Of a stretch of DNA of 64,000 nt, positions 33,059 to 40,081 are shown one piece after another; position 1 is the first letter of the stretch; the number at the start of each line of letters is the position of its first letter. This stretch comes from an uncultured Clostridia bacterium (lineage in GTDB: Bacteria > Bacillota > Clostridia > Christensenellales > Borkfalkiaceae). Where the stretch lies: the NCBI GenBank assembly GCA_947631925.1, contig CANRNE010000008.1, positions 3,683 to 67,682 of the forward strand, in the 5' to 3' direction. The notes beneath the pieces were generated by a model. That model searched no databases, was not told the origin of the DNA, and saw only the letters and a list, made by a program, of their open reading frames with translations. A program made the translations under genes and the position numbers.

Positions 33059-33551
33059 ATTTACCTCGGGATTTTCTAGTGTTATTGGACTGCTCTTTTC
33101 TAGTGGCCCACTTACAGTTCTGTTTTGAATAACCTCCCAGAGTGTTGATTCGTTCAAGAGTAAGACCCTCAGGCCTATGCCCCATATCAGCAAAAAACTG
33201 ACTGAATCCCTCTTCGCCGCACCAACTCTCATCAATGTCTACATCTACATAACAAGGATGGTTTTTTACTCGTTGGTGCATTGCTTGCCACGAACGGTAA
33301 GCTCCTGTTTTTTCCTGCCGTGACGCCTGTGAGTGTTTGGTGTTTTTCTTAATCAGCATCTCTGCTTTGTAACAACCGCAAGAGGTGATGTTTAAGAACC
33401 GTACCCAGTTGAGGTCCGTTTCCACCTCGTTACCGCAATCACATATAAACAATGCCTGGCGTCGTTTATTTTTTGAAGGACGATCTACAAGAAAACGTAG
33501 ACGGGTATTTGGCATACGATCAAGATGGTTGAATGTGATACGCGGTGGCAT
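33042..33551 (-). mobile_element. Homing-endonuclease-like DNA-binding protein gene, 169 aa
   Basis: The segment is markedly AT-rich. CDCGNE...CGC Cys cluster, then YRSWQAMHQRV...WCGEEGFSQFFADMGHRPEGLTLERINTLGGYSKQNCKWATRKEQSNN, a pattern common in free-standing phage endonuclease genes (recall). Confidence 0.7.
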
Positions 33552-33631
33552 ATGTATTCTCTATGTAACCAAAAACGAATACTACCACATACTACCAAAG
33601 ACAAACACGGTGAGCTTGTTGTTGGGGATGC

Positions 33632-33892
33632 TCATTTCTTCAGCTCCTTACGCTTCTTGGCGATGGTTCGTTTGTTCTTGGCTCGGATATCCCGAGAGGT
33701 GGGACCAGCCCAATACTCAATGGGATCCAGCCACTTCCCTTTCTTGGTGTCGTAGATGTTGAAGATCTCGGGGTAGTGCTCATCGCGGTGAGCTTCGAGT
33801 TTCCAACCATCGGAGATCCACATACCGGGACGGAGGTAGCACCAGCCATTGCCGGTGGTGATACGGAGGAACTCGGTTACAGAGATACGCAT
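33632..33892 (-). CDS. Hypothetical protein with a basic tail, 86 aa
   Basis: Track ORF. Confidence 0.55.
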   Translation of the reverse strand: MRISVTEFLRITTGNGWCYLRPGMWISDGWKLEAHRDEHYPEIFNIYDTKKGKWLDPIEYWAGPTSRDIRAKNKRTIAKKRKELKK

Positions 33893-33923
33893 GATGTGAG
33901 CAGCCTATCGGTATGAAATGAAG

Positions 33924-33945
33924 AAGCCCCGCATCAGCGGGGCTT
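33924..33945 (-). terminator. Hairpin AAGCCCCGC-(4 nt)-GCGGGGCTT overlapping the stop codon at 33934
   Basis: On the minus strand it is followed by CTTCATTTCAT (moderately U-rich). Confidence 0.5.
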
Positions 33946-34206
33946 GGTGAGATCCTTCAGTACGTCGTTGATCAAATTGATCGACGTACTCAAAGAGGTG
34001 ATGCTTTGGGAGGATTGATGGGCAGCTTCGGTGAGCTGACTGATCACTTCCTGTTGAACCTTGATGGTCGTCTGCATGATGTGCAGCCGTTGGGTCAGGA
34101 TGTAGATCTTATCCTCCTGCGAACGATACAACTTTCGCAGTTTCGTGAAGGAGTAGATGATGGTGACCAGGGTCAGCAATGACAGGAAAGCGTTGACTTC
34201 GCTCAT
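33934..34206 (-). CDS. N-terminal TM + coiled-coil protein, 90 aa
   Basis: I set the start at MSEVNAFLSLLTLVTIIYSF, 1 nt after the upstream stop. Confidence 0.6.
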   Translation of the reverse strand: MSEVNAFLSLLTLVTIIYSFTKLRKLYRSQEDKIYILTQRLHIMQTTIKVQQEVISQLTEAAHQSSQSITSLSTSINLINDVLKDLTKPR

Positions 34207-34207
34207 G

Positions 34208-34546
34208 TCAGTGCACCGTGTTGTTGCCGGGAGTCTGGGCACTGCACTTGTCGCAAGTGCAGCTTTCGGAAAACACCCGCTCGATGATCTGAACGACATC
34301 AGCTTGGAGCATATCTACAGCTTCACGACGGCCAGCAATGATGATGTTGCCGGTATCGCATTTGAACCAGAGGGCAGCCAGGTCATCGTCATCTTCTTGG
34401 ATGACGACGCCTACACGGATGGCATTGGCACCTTCCACGAGGATAGCTACCAGTGCCTGCAGGAACTTGACTGGGTTGTCGTAACGAACTGCCTGTTTCA
34501 GCAGCTCATGTTCTTCATTGGTAACGACGGATTTGGTGGTATCCAT
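34208..34546 (-). CDS. Hypothetical acidic protein, 112 aa
   Basis: Track ORF. Confidence 0.65.
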   Translation of the reverse strand: MDTTKSVVTNEEHELLKQAVRYDNPVKFLQALVAILVEGANAIRVGVVIQEDDDDLAALWFKCDTGNIIIAGRREAVDMLQADVVQIIERVFSESCTCDKCSAQTPGNNTVH

Positions 34547-34549
34547 GGA

Positions 34550-34696
34550 TCAGCCTCGCAGCATACGAGCGCACTCGTACTTGTTGTAGGAAGGGGATTG
34601 GGTGTCACATTCGGCAGGGTTGCTGGTCAACCACAGACCGAACACACCCAACAAAAATACGACGCACAGTGCGATGTTCTTCTTTTGAATCTTCAT
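34550..34696 (-). CDS. Possible small secreted/membrane peptide, 48 aa (below the track cutoff)
   Basis: My translation: MKIQKKNIALCVVFLLGVFGLWLTSNPAECDTQSPSYNKYECARMLRG. Confidence 0.45.
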   Translation of the reverse strand: MKIQKKNIALCVVFLLGVFGLWLTSNPAECDTQSPSYNKYECARMLRG

Positions 34697-34699
34697 GGC

Positions 34700-35125
34700 T
34701 CAGTTCCCGGGGTGTGAACGATTGCAATGCCGGCAGCGGGCACAGCACGTCTGCGGACGTTGAAGGGGGATCGGACGTTCCTGCTCACGCAGATACTGCT
34801 CGAAGGTCTTTTTGTCAGTGCAGTAGTGCCTCAGGGCACTTCGCACTCGTTCGTGTGAGTTGATGGTTTTGGCGTGCATGACACGCAGCTCCCCCAGCTT
34901 GTTGGCAAGCTCAGGGATCTCTTTGAAGTAGCCATGCGCGGTGTCCAGCATGCCGCTGATCTCCTTGCGATAGTTGGAGAGCATCTCGCTATGGCCTGCG
35001 TGCTCGGCCATGCTACGGGAGAAGGCTTCTTCCATCTTTTGGATACGTGTCTCCAATGTGATGGCACGCATCCACAGGAGGAAGCAGAAGAGCAGGGCAC
35101 AGCCCAGCAGGGTGTTGTAGAGCAT
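34700..35125 (-). CDS. N-terminal TM protein with a Cys-rich C-terminus, 141 aa
   Basis: Track ORF: LLGCALLFCFLLWM ... CCARCRHCNRSH. Confidence 0.65.
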   Translation of the reverse strand: MLYNTLLGCALLFCFLLWMRAITLETRIQKMEEAFSRSMAEHAGHSEMLSNYRKEISGMLDTAHGYFKEIPELANKLGELRVMHAKTINSHERVRSALRHYCTDKKTFEQYLREQERPIPLQRPQTCCARCRHCNRSHPGN

Positions 35126-35128
35126 GGT

Positions 35129-35455
35129 TCAGACCTCGATGTTGATGGGGACGATTTGCATGTCCCGTTCGAGACGGGAAGGAACGACTTCGATGGAAGT
35201 ACCGGCATCAACCTTGATGGTTCTGCCGATGCAATCTTCCTCATAGTCGTACTCGGGACGGTGCTTGCCTCGACGCCATTGGGCCAAGGCATTACGTGCA
35301 CCAGTAACGGTGTAGAACAGGCGAGGGTAGGTGGCCGGCTGACCATCCACAGGCAGGCAGGGTTCGATGTGGGATCCACCACGTCCCATGCGTCCTTGTG
35401 GCTCGGGGAGGTACTCCCCTGTACCCACATCTTTGATGGCGTACTTGGTGATCAT
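35129..35455 (-). CDS. Hypothetical protein, 108 aa
   Basis: I set the start at MITKYAIKD, 2 nt after the upstream stop. Confidence 0.65.
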   Translation of the reverse strand: MITKYAIKDVGTGEYLPEPQGRMGRGGSHIEPCLPVDGQPATYPRLFYTVTGARNALAQWRRGKHRPEYDYEEDCIGRTIKVDAGTSIEVVPSRLERDMQIVPINIEV

Positions 35456-35457
35456 GG

Positions 35458-35652
35458 TCAGAGTCCAAGGAACTTGTTGAGGTTGGTCCACTCGTCACGA
35501 TCTGCGAGATCGAAGACGGGGATGTTGTGGGATTTGGCCAGACGTATTGCCTGACCAGTGCCACCGCCGCCTGCTGCGTTCGGGGTCCAGCAGATCACCA
35601 TGTCAACAGGTGACTTGAGATCGTGGCCGAGGATCTGACACATGTTGCGCAT
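35458..35652 (-). CDS. SLOG/YAcAr(DUF2493)-like C-terminal half, 64 aa from the first ATG; possibly a 5'-truncated remnant
   Basis: RNMCQILG...DMVICWTPNAAGGGGTGQAIRLAKSHNIPVFDL. The same frame stays open and coding-like for 32 more codons upstream (..SVTHGCEQRIDGL..) back to a TAG, with no ATG/GTG/TTG start. Confidence 0.5.
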   Translation of the reverse strand: MRNMCQILGHDLKSPVDMVICWTPNAAGGGGTGQAIRLAKSHNIPVFDLADRDEWTNLNKFLGL

Positions 35653-35767
35653 GTGGATAATGCTGCTGAAGGAACAGAAGTGGAGACCATCAATGCGTTG
35701 CTCGCAGCCATGCGTGACGCTGGAATGATGGTCGGTATTTGATACCTATCGGCAGCAAGTAAGACAG

Positions 35768-35805
35768 GCCACCAGTCCTTGCGGATTGGTGGCTTTCTTT
35801 ATTTG
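35768..35805 (+). terminator. Hairpin GCCACCAGTCC-ttgc-GGATTGGTGGC plus TTTCTTTATTT, better formed on the plus strand
   Basis: The G-T pair at 35775/35786 is a wobble only in a plus-strand RNA, and the T-run follows only on the plus strand, i.e. antisense to the early genes. Confidence 0.45.
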
Positions 35806-35993
35806 GGGAGCTTCAGAGCATCCACCTGATCGACTGTGAAGCAGTAGCGAAGGTGTCCCTCGTGGTAGATGGCCACATACCCGTTGGGGTGTCTGATGAG
35901 GTGCTGCACTGCCCACTTGCGTGGGTCGATGACAGTCAGAGTCCTGAGCAGGACAGCCTTCTTGTTGTATAACTCAATGACGGTAGTGGTCAT
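35799..35993 (-). CDS. Hypothetical protein, 64 aa
   Basis: Track ORF, trimmed to the ATG at 35993 (MTTTVIELYN). Confidence 0.55.
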   Translation of the reverse strand: MTTTVIELYNKKAVLLRTLTVIDPRKWAVQHLIRHPNGYVAIYHEGHLRYCFTVDQVDALKLPK

Positions 35994-36105
35994 AAACAAC
36001 CTTTAGGTACCTTTAGCCGTATTGGCTCGAAAAGTAGAAGATAGGTTTAGAAAGTAGAAGCGATGCCCCTACATGTCTAGGGACTATCTACCACCCATTT
36101 AACAG

Positions 36106-36134
36106 GCCGAGCTACCCTGTGTAGGTAGCTCGGC
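36106..36134 (-). terminator. Hairpin GCCGAGCTACC-(7 nt)-GGTAGCTCGGC
   Basis: Sits 8 nt downstream of the stop of the 52-aa ORF. The U-tract is weak. Confidence 0.45.
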
Positions 36135-36141
36135 TGTGTGA

Positions 36142-36300
36142 TCAGTAGTGCACGTACACCGTGTTGGTGTCGCGCACATAAGTAGCAGAAGGGTCCAACT
36201 TGCGGGCAGTCTCCATGGCCATGATCAGGCAGGCAAGGAGACTGGTACCAACTACCTTAGAGGTGGTGTGGTTGTTGGTGTTGTAGATCGTTACGGTCAT
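36142..36300 (-). CDS. Possible small protein, 52 aa (below the track cutoff)
   Basis: My translation: MTVTIYNTNNHTTSKVVGTSLLACLIMAMETARKLDPSATYVRDTNTVYVHY. Confidence 0.4.
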   Translation of the reverse strand: MTVTIYNTNNHTTSKVVGTSLLACLIMAMETARKLDPSATYVRDTNTVYVHY

Positions 36301-36324
36301 GTCAGTACCTTTGTCCGTAGGAGA

Positions 36325-36537
36325 TCAGGCAACCAGTGCCTGACCGTAGGGAAGCTGAGAAACGTGAAGGCCCAACTTTTTGGCCTTCTTGCGGAGTGCA
36401 CGCGCTGCGTCCTTACGGACGTAGGCGATGAACTCTCCCTTGGTATTGAACTGCGTATAGCAAAGGCGTACCAAGTGGTTCGCCTTGTGGAAGTTGTGAA
36501 GCGACTTGATGTCATCGGCTATGTGGATCTTGGGCAT
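36325..36537 (-). CDS. Hypothetical basic protein, 70 aa
   Basis: Track ORF. Confidence 0.6.
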   Translation of the reverse strand: MPKIHIADDIKSLHNFHKANHLVRLCYTQFNTKGEFIAYVRKDAARALRKKAKKLGLHVSQLPYGQALVA

Positions 36538-36611
36538 GTGAGGATCTCCAATAGGTAAAGGACAGAGCTAAATCAGTGACTTAGCTCTGGTCTCTCGTGG
36601 TGAAAAGGTAA

Positions 36612-36643
36612 GGCAGCTACCCCCAATGAAGGAGGTAGCTGCC
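36612..36643 (-). terminator. Hairpin GGCAGCTACC-(12 nt)-GGTAGCTGCC, followed on the minus strand by UUACCUUUUC
   Basis: Sits 7 nt downstream of the stop at 36650. Confidence 0.5.
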
Positions 36644-36649
36644 GATGAA

Positions 36650-37054
36650 TCACTTGCGCAGGAACGGGTTGCTGCCTGCGTCGGCAGTGACGCTCTTGTC
36701 ACGGACGCGACGGACCTGGATCTCCAGCGTATCCGGCGTACCGGCGATGATCATGCTCTCGCCGGGCTTGAGGTCAGCCACACCCTTGCGGATGTCGGCC
36801 AGCAGGGCATTGGCAGCCTGGTTCAGGAAGCCAACATTGCCGGAGCGGCTCTCGTCGAGGTTCTCGATGTCATCCAACGGGATGCCACGGTTGAGCGCCA
36901 CGAAGGTCGAGGTCGGGTTGCCAGCGTCATCGGTACCCGGGACGCTGTACCCGATGTTCATCCAGAACTCGGAGTTCTTACGCTCCACCACGGCGTCCTC
37001 CGACTTGGCGGCAGCAGTGGTGGTGTTCTTGCGGGAAGCGAAAATGCCAGACAT
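36650..37054 (-). CDS. Early protein, 134 aa
   Basis: Track ORF. AAGGAG lies 8 nt upstream. It lies downstream of hairpin-promoter candidate A. Confidence 0.7.
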   Translation of the reverse strand: MSGIFASRKNTTTAAAKSEDAVVERKNSEFWMNIGYSVPGTDDAGNPTSTFVALNRGIPLDDIENLDESRSGNVGFLNQAANALLADIRKGVADLKPGESMIIAGTPDTLEIQVRRVRDKSVTADAGSNPFLRK

Positions 37055-37108
37055 GTGAAACTCCTTGCAGGGAAATTAGGTGAGGGCAGGATTGCCACAA
37101 CACCAAAA

Positions 37109-37121
37109 GCGGCGCAGCCGC
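37109..37121 (-). promoter_or_regulatory. Candidate N4-type vRNAP hairpin promoter, copy A (GCGGC-GCA-GCCGC)
   Basis: 5-bp GC stem with a 3-nt loop, 55 nt upstream of the ATG at 37054. A near-identical copy lies at 37731..37745. Both share the downstream flank TYTTGG in minus sense. Confidence 0.4.
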
Positions 37122-37140
37122 AATGAAGACAGCACAACCT

Positions 37141-37217
37141 TTGCACTATCCGTAGGTAGGACTACGGGTAACGTGTGGGTTGAACTGTCAGAGGGTAGAT
37201 AGGCTACTTGCACTATC
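37141..37217. repeat. Two direct copies of TTGCACTATC (37141..37150 and 37208..37217)
   Basis: Read directly, in the 208-bp intergenic region between two early genes. Confidence 0.7.
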
Positions 37218-37231
37218 TACGGTTAAGGTCC

Positions 37232-37255
37232 CCCCACCTACGGGTGTAGGTGGGG
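37232..37255 (-). terminator. Hairpin CCCCACCTAC-gggt-GTAGGTGGGG after the stop at 37263
   Basis: Perfect 10-bp stem. There is no clear U-tract. Confidence 0.45.
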
Positions 37256-37262
37256 TTGTGCC

Positions 37263-37595
37263 TTAGGCGGTTACCAGGCCGAGAGCGACCAGCTCTGCTT
37301 TGAACTCGGCAGCGACATCAGCTGCGTCTTCAGCGGTGATCTTGCCGTCGGCCACAAGGGCCTTGATTTCAGCTTCAGCTTCCGCCCGGGAGCGGATGAC
37401 ATCAGCAGTTACCTCGGTTGCGTATGTCTTGCGTTCACCTGCGTAACGCACGGCCTGCTTGTAGCGGGTGTGGGTTACCAGGTCACTGGCCATGCCAATG
37501 GTTTCATCGAGTGCATCGAAGGTGGTGGTGACGGTGTTCGCCGCAGATGCAACAGCGCCGAACACTTGACCGAGAGCGAAACGAGACTTAGCCAT
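37263..37595 (-). CDS. First early protein of the minus-strand block, 110 aa
   Basis: Track ORF, trimmed to the ATG at 37595 (MAKSRFALGQ), with GGAG 9 nt upstream. Confidence 0.65.
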   Translation of the reverse strand: MAKSRFALGQVFGAVASAANTVTTTFDALDETIGMASDLVTHTRYKQAVRYAGERKTYATEVTADVIRSRAEAEAEIKALVADGKITAEDAADVAAEFKAELVALGLVTA

Positions 37596-37730
37596 GGGGA
37601 GAAACTCCAAGAAGGGAAGGAAAGGAACCTGTGATGGACTCCACAGGTAGAGGGCGTGTGAATAGCCGACACTTAACGAACTGCGCTACGGGCAGACGCA
37701 CGAGAGAGTAGAGCTGCCGTCGCAGCCAAG

Positions 37731-37745
37731 AGCGGCGCAGCCGCT
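37731..37745 (-). promoter_or_regulatory. Candidate N4-type vRNAP hairpin promoter, copy B (AGCGGC-GCA-GCCGCT)
   Basis: 6-bp stem with a 3-nt loop, about 135 nt upstream of the first early gene. Confidence 0.4.
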
Positions 37746-37805
37746 AAAACCATGGGAGCCATGGAACCAGACGCAGAGCGAGAAGAATGAAGAGGTGGGG
37801 GGTAC

Positions 37806-37966
37806 ATGTGTAGGGATGTGTAACCCGGAGGGGGGTGTATTTCTTTTTGGTGTAGAAATGTGTAGACACAGAGTCCAGACATAACTATGACCATTTTCCC
37901 AATGGCCCTTCCAAAAAATATATGAGATACCTACGTATATAGGCCCTACATCTATAGGATCTATAG
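37806..37966. repeat. Cluster of short direct repeats: five (A/G)TGT(G)TA units at 37806..37866 and a tandem ATCTATAG-g-ATCTATAG at 37950..37966
   Basis: Read directly, in the non-coding divergent junction. Confidence 0.7.
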
Positions 37967-37977
37967 ACAAAAGAAAA

Positions 37978-38002
37978 GGGAAGCATCCGTCGAGTGCTTC
38001 CC
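37978..38002. terminator. Bidirectional rho-independent terminator in the divergent junction
   Basis: GGGAAGCA-(9 nt)-TGCTTCCC, flanked by AAAAGAAAA upstream and TTTTCGTT downstream. Confidence 0.6.
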
Positions 38003-38230
38003 TTTTCGTTATTGCTTGCTGACCCGAAGTTCAGCTGAGTCGGTTGTAACCCCACCGTGTCCCTATGGGTCTTGGAGAACCAAGCATGGTGACATCTCAT
38101 CCGTTCCGAGGATCCGAACCCAGGAACAACTTCACTATATGAATGGTGATTCCCATAGTCAATAGGGGCTGAGCTTCTTGGCTCAACACAATAGATGCCC
38201 GTCATCCCTTTCTCATTTTTTGAGGGGAGT

Positions 38231-38259
38231 TTGCACGGCGTGCAATGTAAGTCTAAGCT
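38231..38259 (+). promoter_or_regulatory. Sigma70-like promoter candidate (TTGCAC-17 nt-TAAGCT) overlapping a 6-bp-stem/3-nt-loop hairpin TTGCAC-ggc-GTGCAA
   Basis: Read directly. It lies 33-61 nt upstream of the first plus-strand gene. Confidence 0.3.
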
Positions 38260-38291
38260 CTACCTCACTGAACAATCAACCAGAGGCAGGA

Positions 38292-38474
38292 ATGAAGATC
38301 ATCAGTAGAGGGACCATTCCCGAGCAGGTACCCCACCGGTCAACGTGTAGGCACTGCCATACCGTCTTCGAGTGGATGACACCCGAGGCCCGTCGCCACA
38401 GCGATCAACGTGACGGTGATTACTACTCCATCCCTTGCCCGGTCTGTTCCCGGGAAGTAACCAAACAAGCATAG
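38292..38474 (+). CDS. Zinc-ribbon protein, 60 aa
   Basis: I set the start at MKIISRG, with a GAGGCAGGA ribosome-binding site. Cys pairs are CRHC ... CPVC. Confidence 0.65.
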   Translation: MKIISRGTIPEQVPHRSTCRHCHTVFEWMTPEARRHSDQRDGDYYSIPCPVCSREVTKQA

Positions 38475-38483
38475 GACACTGAT

Positions 38484-38732
38484 ATGGAAAACCAACACCG
38501 CAAGATCTCTGGCTACCGTGAGCTGGACCAAGACGAGATTGATCTGATGAACGAGATCAAGGCCCAAGGTCTGGTTCTGGAAAGGTTGATCAACAAAGTC
38601 AACGAGAAGAACGCTACTTACCTTGGGGGTGTTAACAACGAACCTCTTCGATGGGCAACGATTGCCAAGACTGATTTCCAGACCGGCCTGATGGCACTGA
38701 CTCGTGCAGTGGCCAAGCCCACCTTCTTCTAA
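38484..38732 (+). CDS. Small helical protein, 82 aa
   Basis: Track ORF. The C-terminal pattern LRWATIAKTDFQTGLMALTRAVAKPTFF recurs in many phage small proteins (recall; family not named). Confidence 0.7.
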   Translation: MENQHRKISGYRELDQDEIDLMNEIKAQGLVLERLINKVNEKNATYLGGVNNEPLRWATIAKTDFQTGLMALTRAVAKPTFF

Positions 38733-38747
38733 AGGACCTACACGACA

Positions 38748-39194
38748 ATGAGCAAGTATCGAAAGAAGCCGGTGGTGATCGAGGCTGTGCAGTATCCGTG
38801 CGAACACCCGGCCCTGAAGGTGTGCTCCTGTGGTGGACCGGAACAGAAGGCGGGGTGTGTGCATTGCGGGTATCACTACATCGAAACACTCGAAGGGCAG
38901 ATGCGCGTCTCGGCAGGTGACTGGATCATCACTGGGGTCAACGGTGAGCACTACCCGTGCAAGCCGGACATCTTCGCCAAGACCTATGACGCTGTAGAGG
39001 CAGACACCTTCGAGACCCGGCTGCGCCGGGAACATCAAGAGCTGAATGCCCGGGTGACTGCCCTGCGCGCCTTCGCCAACAAGGGCTACCCTTTGGCCAA
39101 CGAGCGCCAGCGTGATCTGCTGGAACAGCAACTGGTCTACATGACCAACTACCTCGAAGTGTTGGAGGAGCGCCTGCATGACCTCGGAACATGA
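38748..39194 (+). CDS. Hypothetical two-domain protein, 148 aa
   Basis: Track ORF. The N-terminal part is KKPVVIEAVQ...GDWIITGVNGEHYPCKPDIF; the C-terminal part is helical. Confidence 0.7.
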   Translation: MSKYRKKPVVIEAVQYPCEHPALKVCSCGGPEQKAGCVHCGYHYIETLEGQMRVSAGDWIITGVNGEHYPCKPDIFAKTYDAVEADTFETRLRREHQELNARVTALRAFANKGYPLANERQRDLLEQQLVYMTNYLEVLEERLHDLGT

Positions 39195-39354
39195 CCTGCG
39201 TGCGGAGAAGCAGCGCCTGCTGCTTTCTACTGCCCGCCTCTCCCAGACCTTGGTTCGGATCGGAATGGCTGATCCTGAGTACCACAAGCTGAAGGTTCAG
39301 TATGATTCCGAGGTCGAAAGGATCTCTGAGATCAACGCAGAACTTTCCAAGTAA
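39178..39354 (+). CDS. Possible small coiled-coil protein, 58 aa (below the track cutoff)
   Basis: My translation: MTSEHDLRAEKQRLLLSTARLSQTLVRIGMADPEYHKLKVQYDSEVERISEINAELSK. It overlaps the upstream gene by 17 nt. Confidence 0.45.
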   Translation: MTSEHDLRAEKQRLLLSTARLSQTLVRIGMADPEYHKLKVQYDSEVERISEINAELSK

Positions 39355-39397
39355 CACAGGGGGCCACGGCCCCCTACTTCATATGTAGGAGCTACAC

Positions 39398-40081
39398 ATG
39401 CTGGACCTTGTAACCGTAAAGCGAGCCCTCCCCGGTAACCTTGCCTCTCTGGCAAGCCAGAGTCTGGTGGATACCCTGAACGCTATTGCCGATGACCCGG
39501 ACGAGGCACAGGCGATCCGCGAGAACTTCATCACCTATACCGGTGTGCTGAAGGATGGGAAGTACAAGACCCTCGACTACATGAATGCCGTGAAGTTCGT
39601 GAGCTACAAGCTCATGGACATGTCGGATCAGGACGCCTACTTCAAGACCTTTCCGGACAAGCACGCCCGCTGGTTGGCTGAGGGCAAGGACAAGCGATGG
39701 ATCTCTGGCCACATCAGCATGTTCAAGAAGGGCAAGCTGGTACAGGCGATCATGGAGCAGTCCTTGGTTCCGACGTGGGTGCTCAATGCCCACCTGCACC
39801 AGAAGGCCTTGAACGTACAGGCTGACCTGATGCAGAACGCAACCAGCGAACTGGTACGCACTCAAGCAGCGAACAGCCTGCTGACCCATCTGGCCAAGCC
39901 CAAGGAAGTAGGTCCGCTGATCAACCTCGACATGCGTGACAGCTCAGGTGTGAAGGAACTGAAGGACACTCTGGCTGCCTTGGCTCAAGGCCAGCTCGCG
40001 GCGATCCAGTCGGGTGTACCTACCCGGGACATTGCTGCCCAGAATCTGGTTCGTGCCGGCGAGGACATCACCGATGTCTAA
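39398..40081 (+). CDS. Putative terminase small subunit, 227 aa (positional call)
   Basis: AGGAG ribosome-binding site. It lies directly upstream of the large terminase and overlaps it by 8 nt. Confidence 0.55.
   Translation: MLDLVTVKRALPGNLASLASQSLVDTLNAIADDPDEAQAIRENFITYTGVLKDGKYKTLDYMNAVKFVSYKLMDMSDQDAYFKTFPDKHARWLAEGKDKRWISGHISMFKKGKLVQAIMEQSLVPTWVLNAHLHQKALNVQADLMQNATSELVRTQAANSLLTHLAKPKEVGPLINLDMRDSSGVKELKDTLAALAQGQLAAIQSGVPTRDIAAQNLVRAGEDITDV

Noticed and set aside
35614-35742. Plus-strand peptide-like frame (..IVAEDLTHVAHVDNAAEGTEVETINALLAAMRDAGMMVGI) antisense to the SLOG-like gene and ending before the plus-strand terminator
   Set aside because: It has no ATG start and its third-position composition is mixed, while the opposite frame has the stronger coding signature. 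I kept it only as context for the antisense-terminator finding.
37673-38205. ORFs of 73, 94 and 106 aa in the divergent junction
   Set aside because: They are Ser/Pro/His/Cys-rich and mutually overlapping. They cross the bidirectional terminator and the repeat clusters, and they have no ribosome-binding sites. The region is better explained as non-coding (promoters, termini, repeats).
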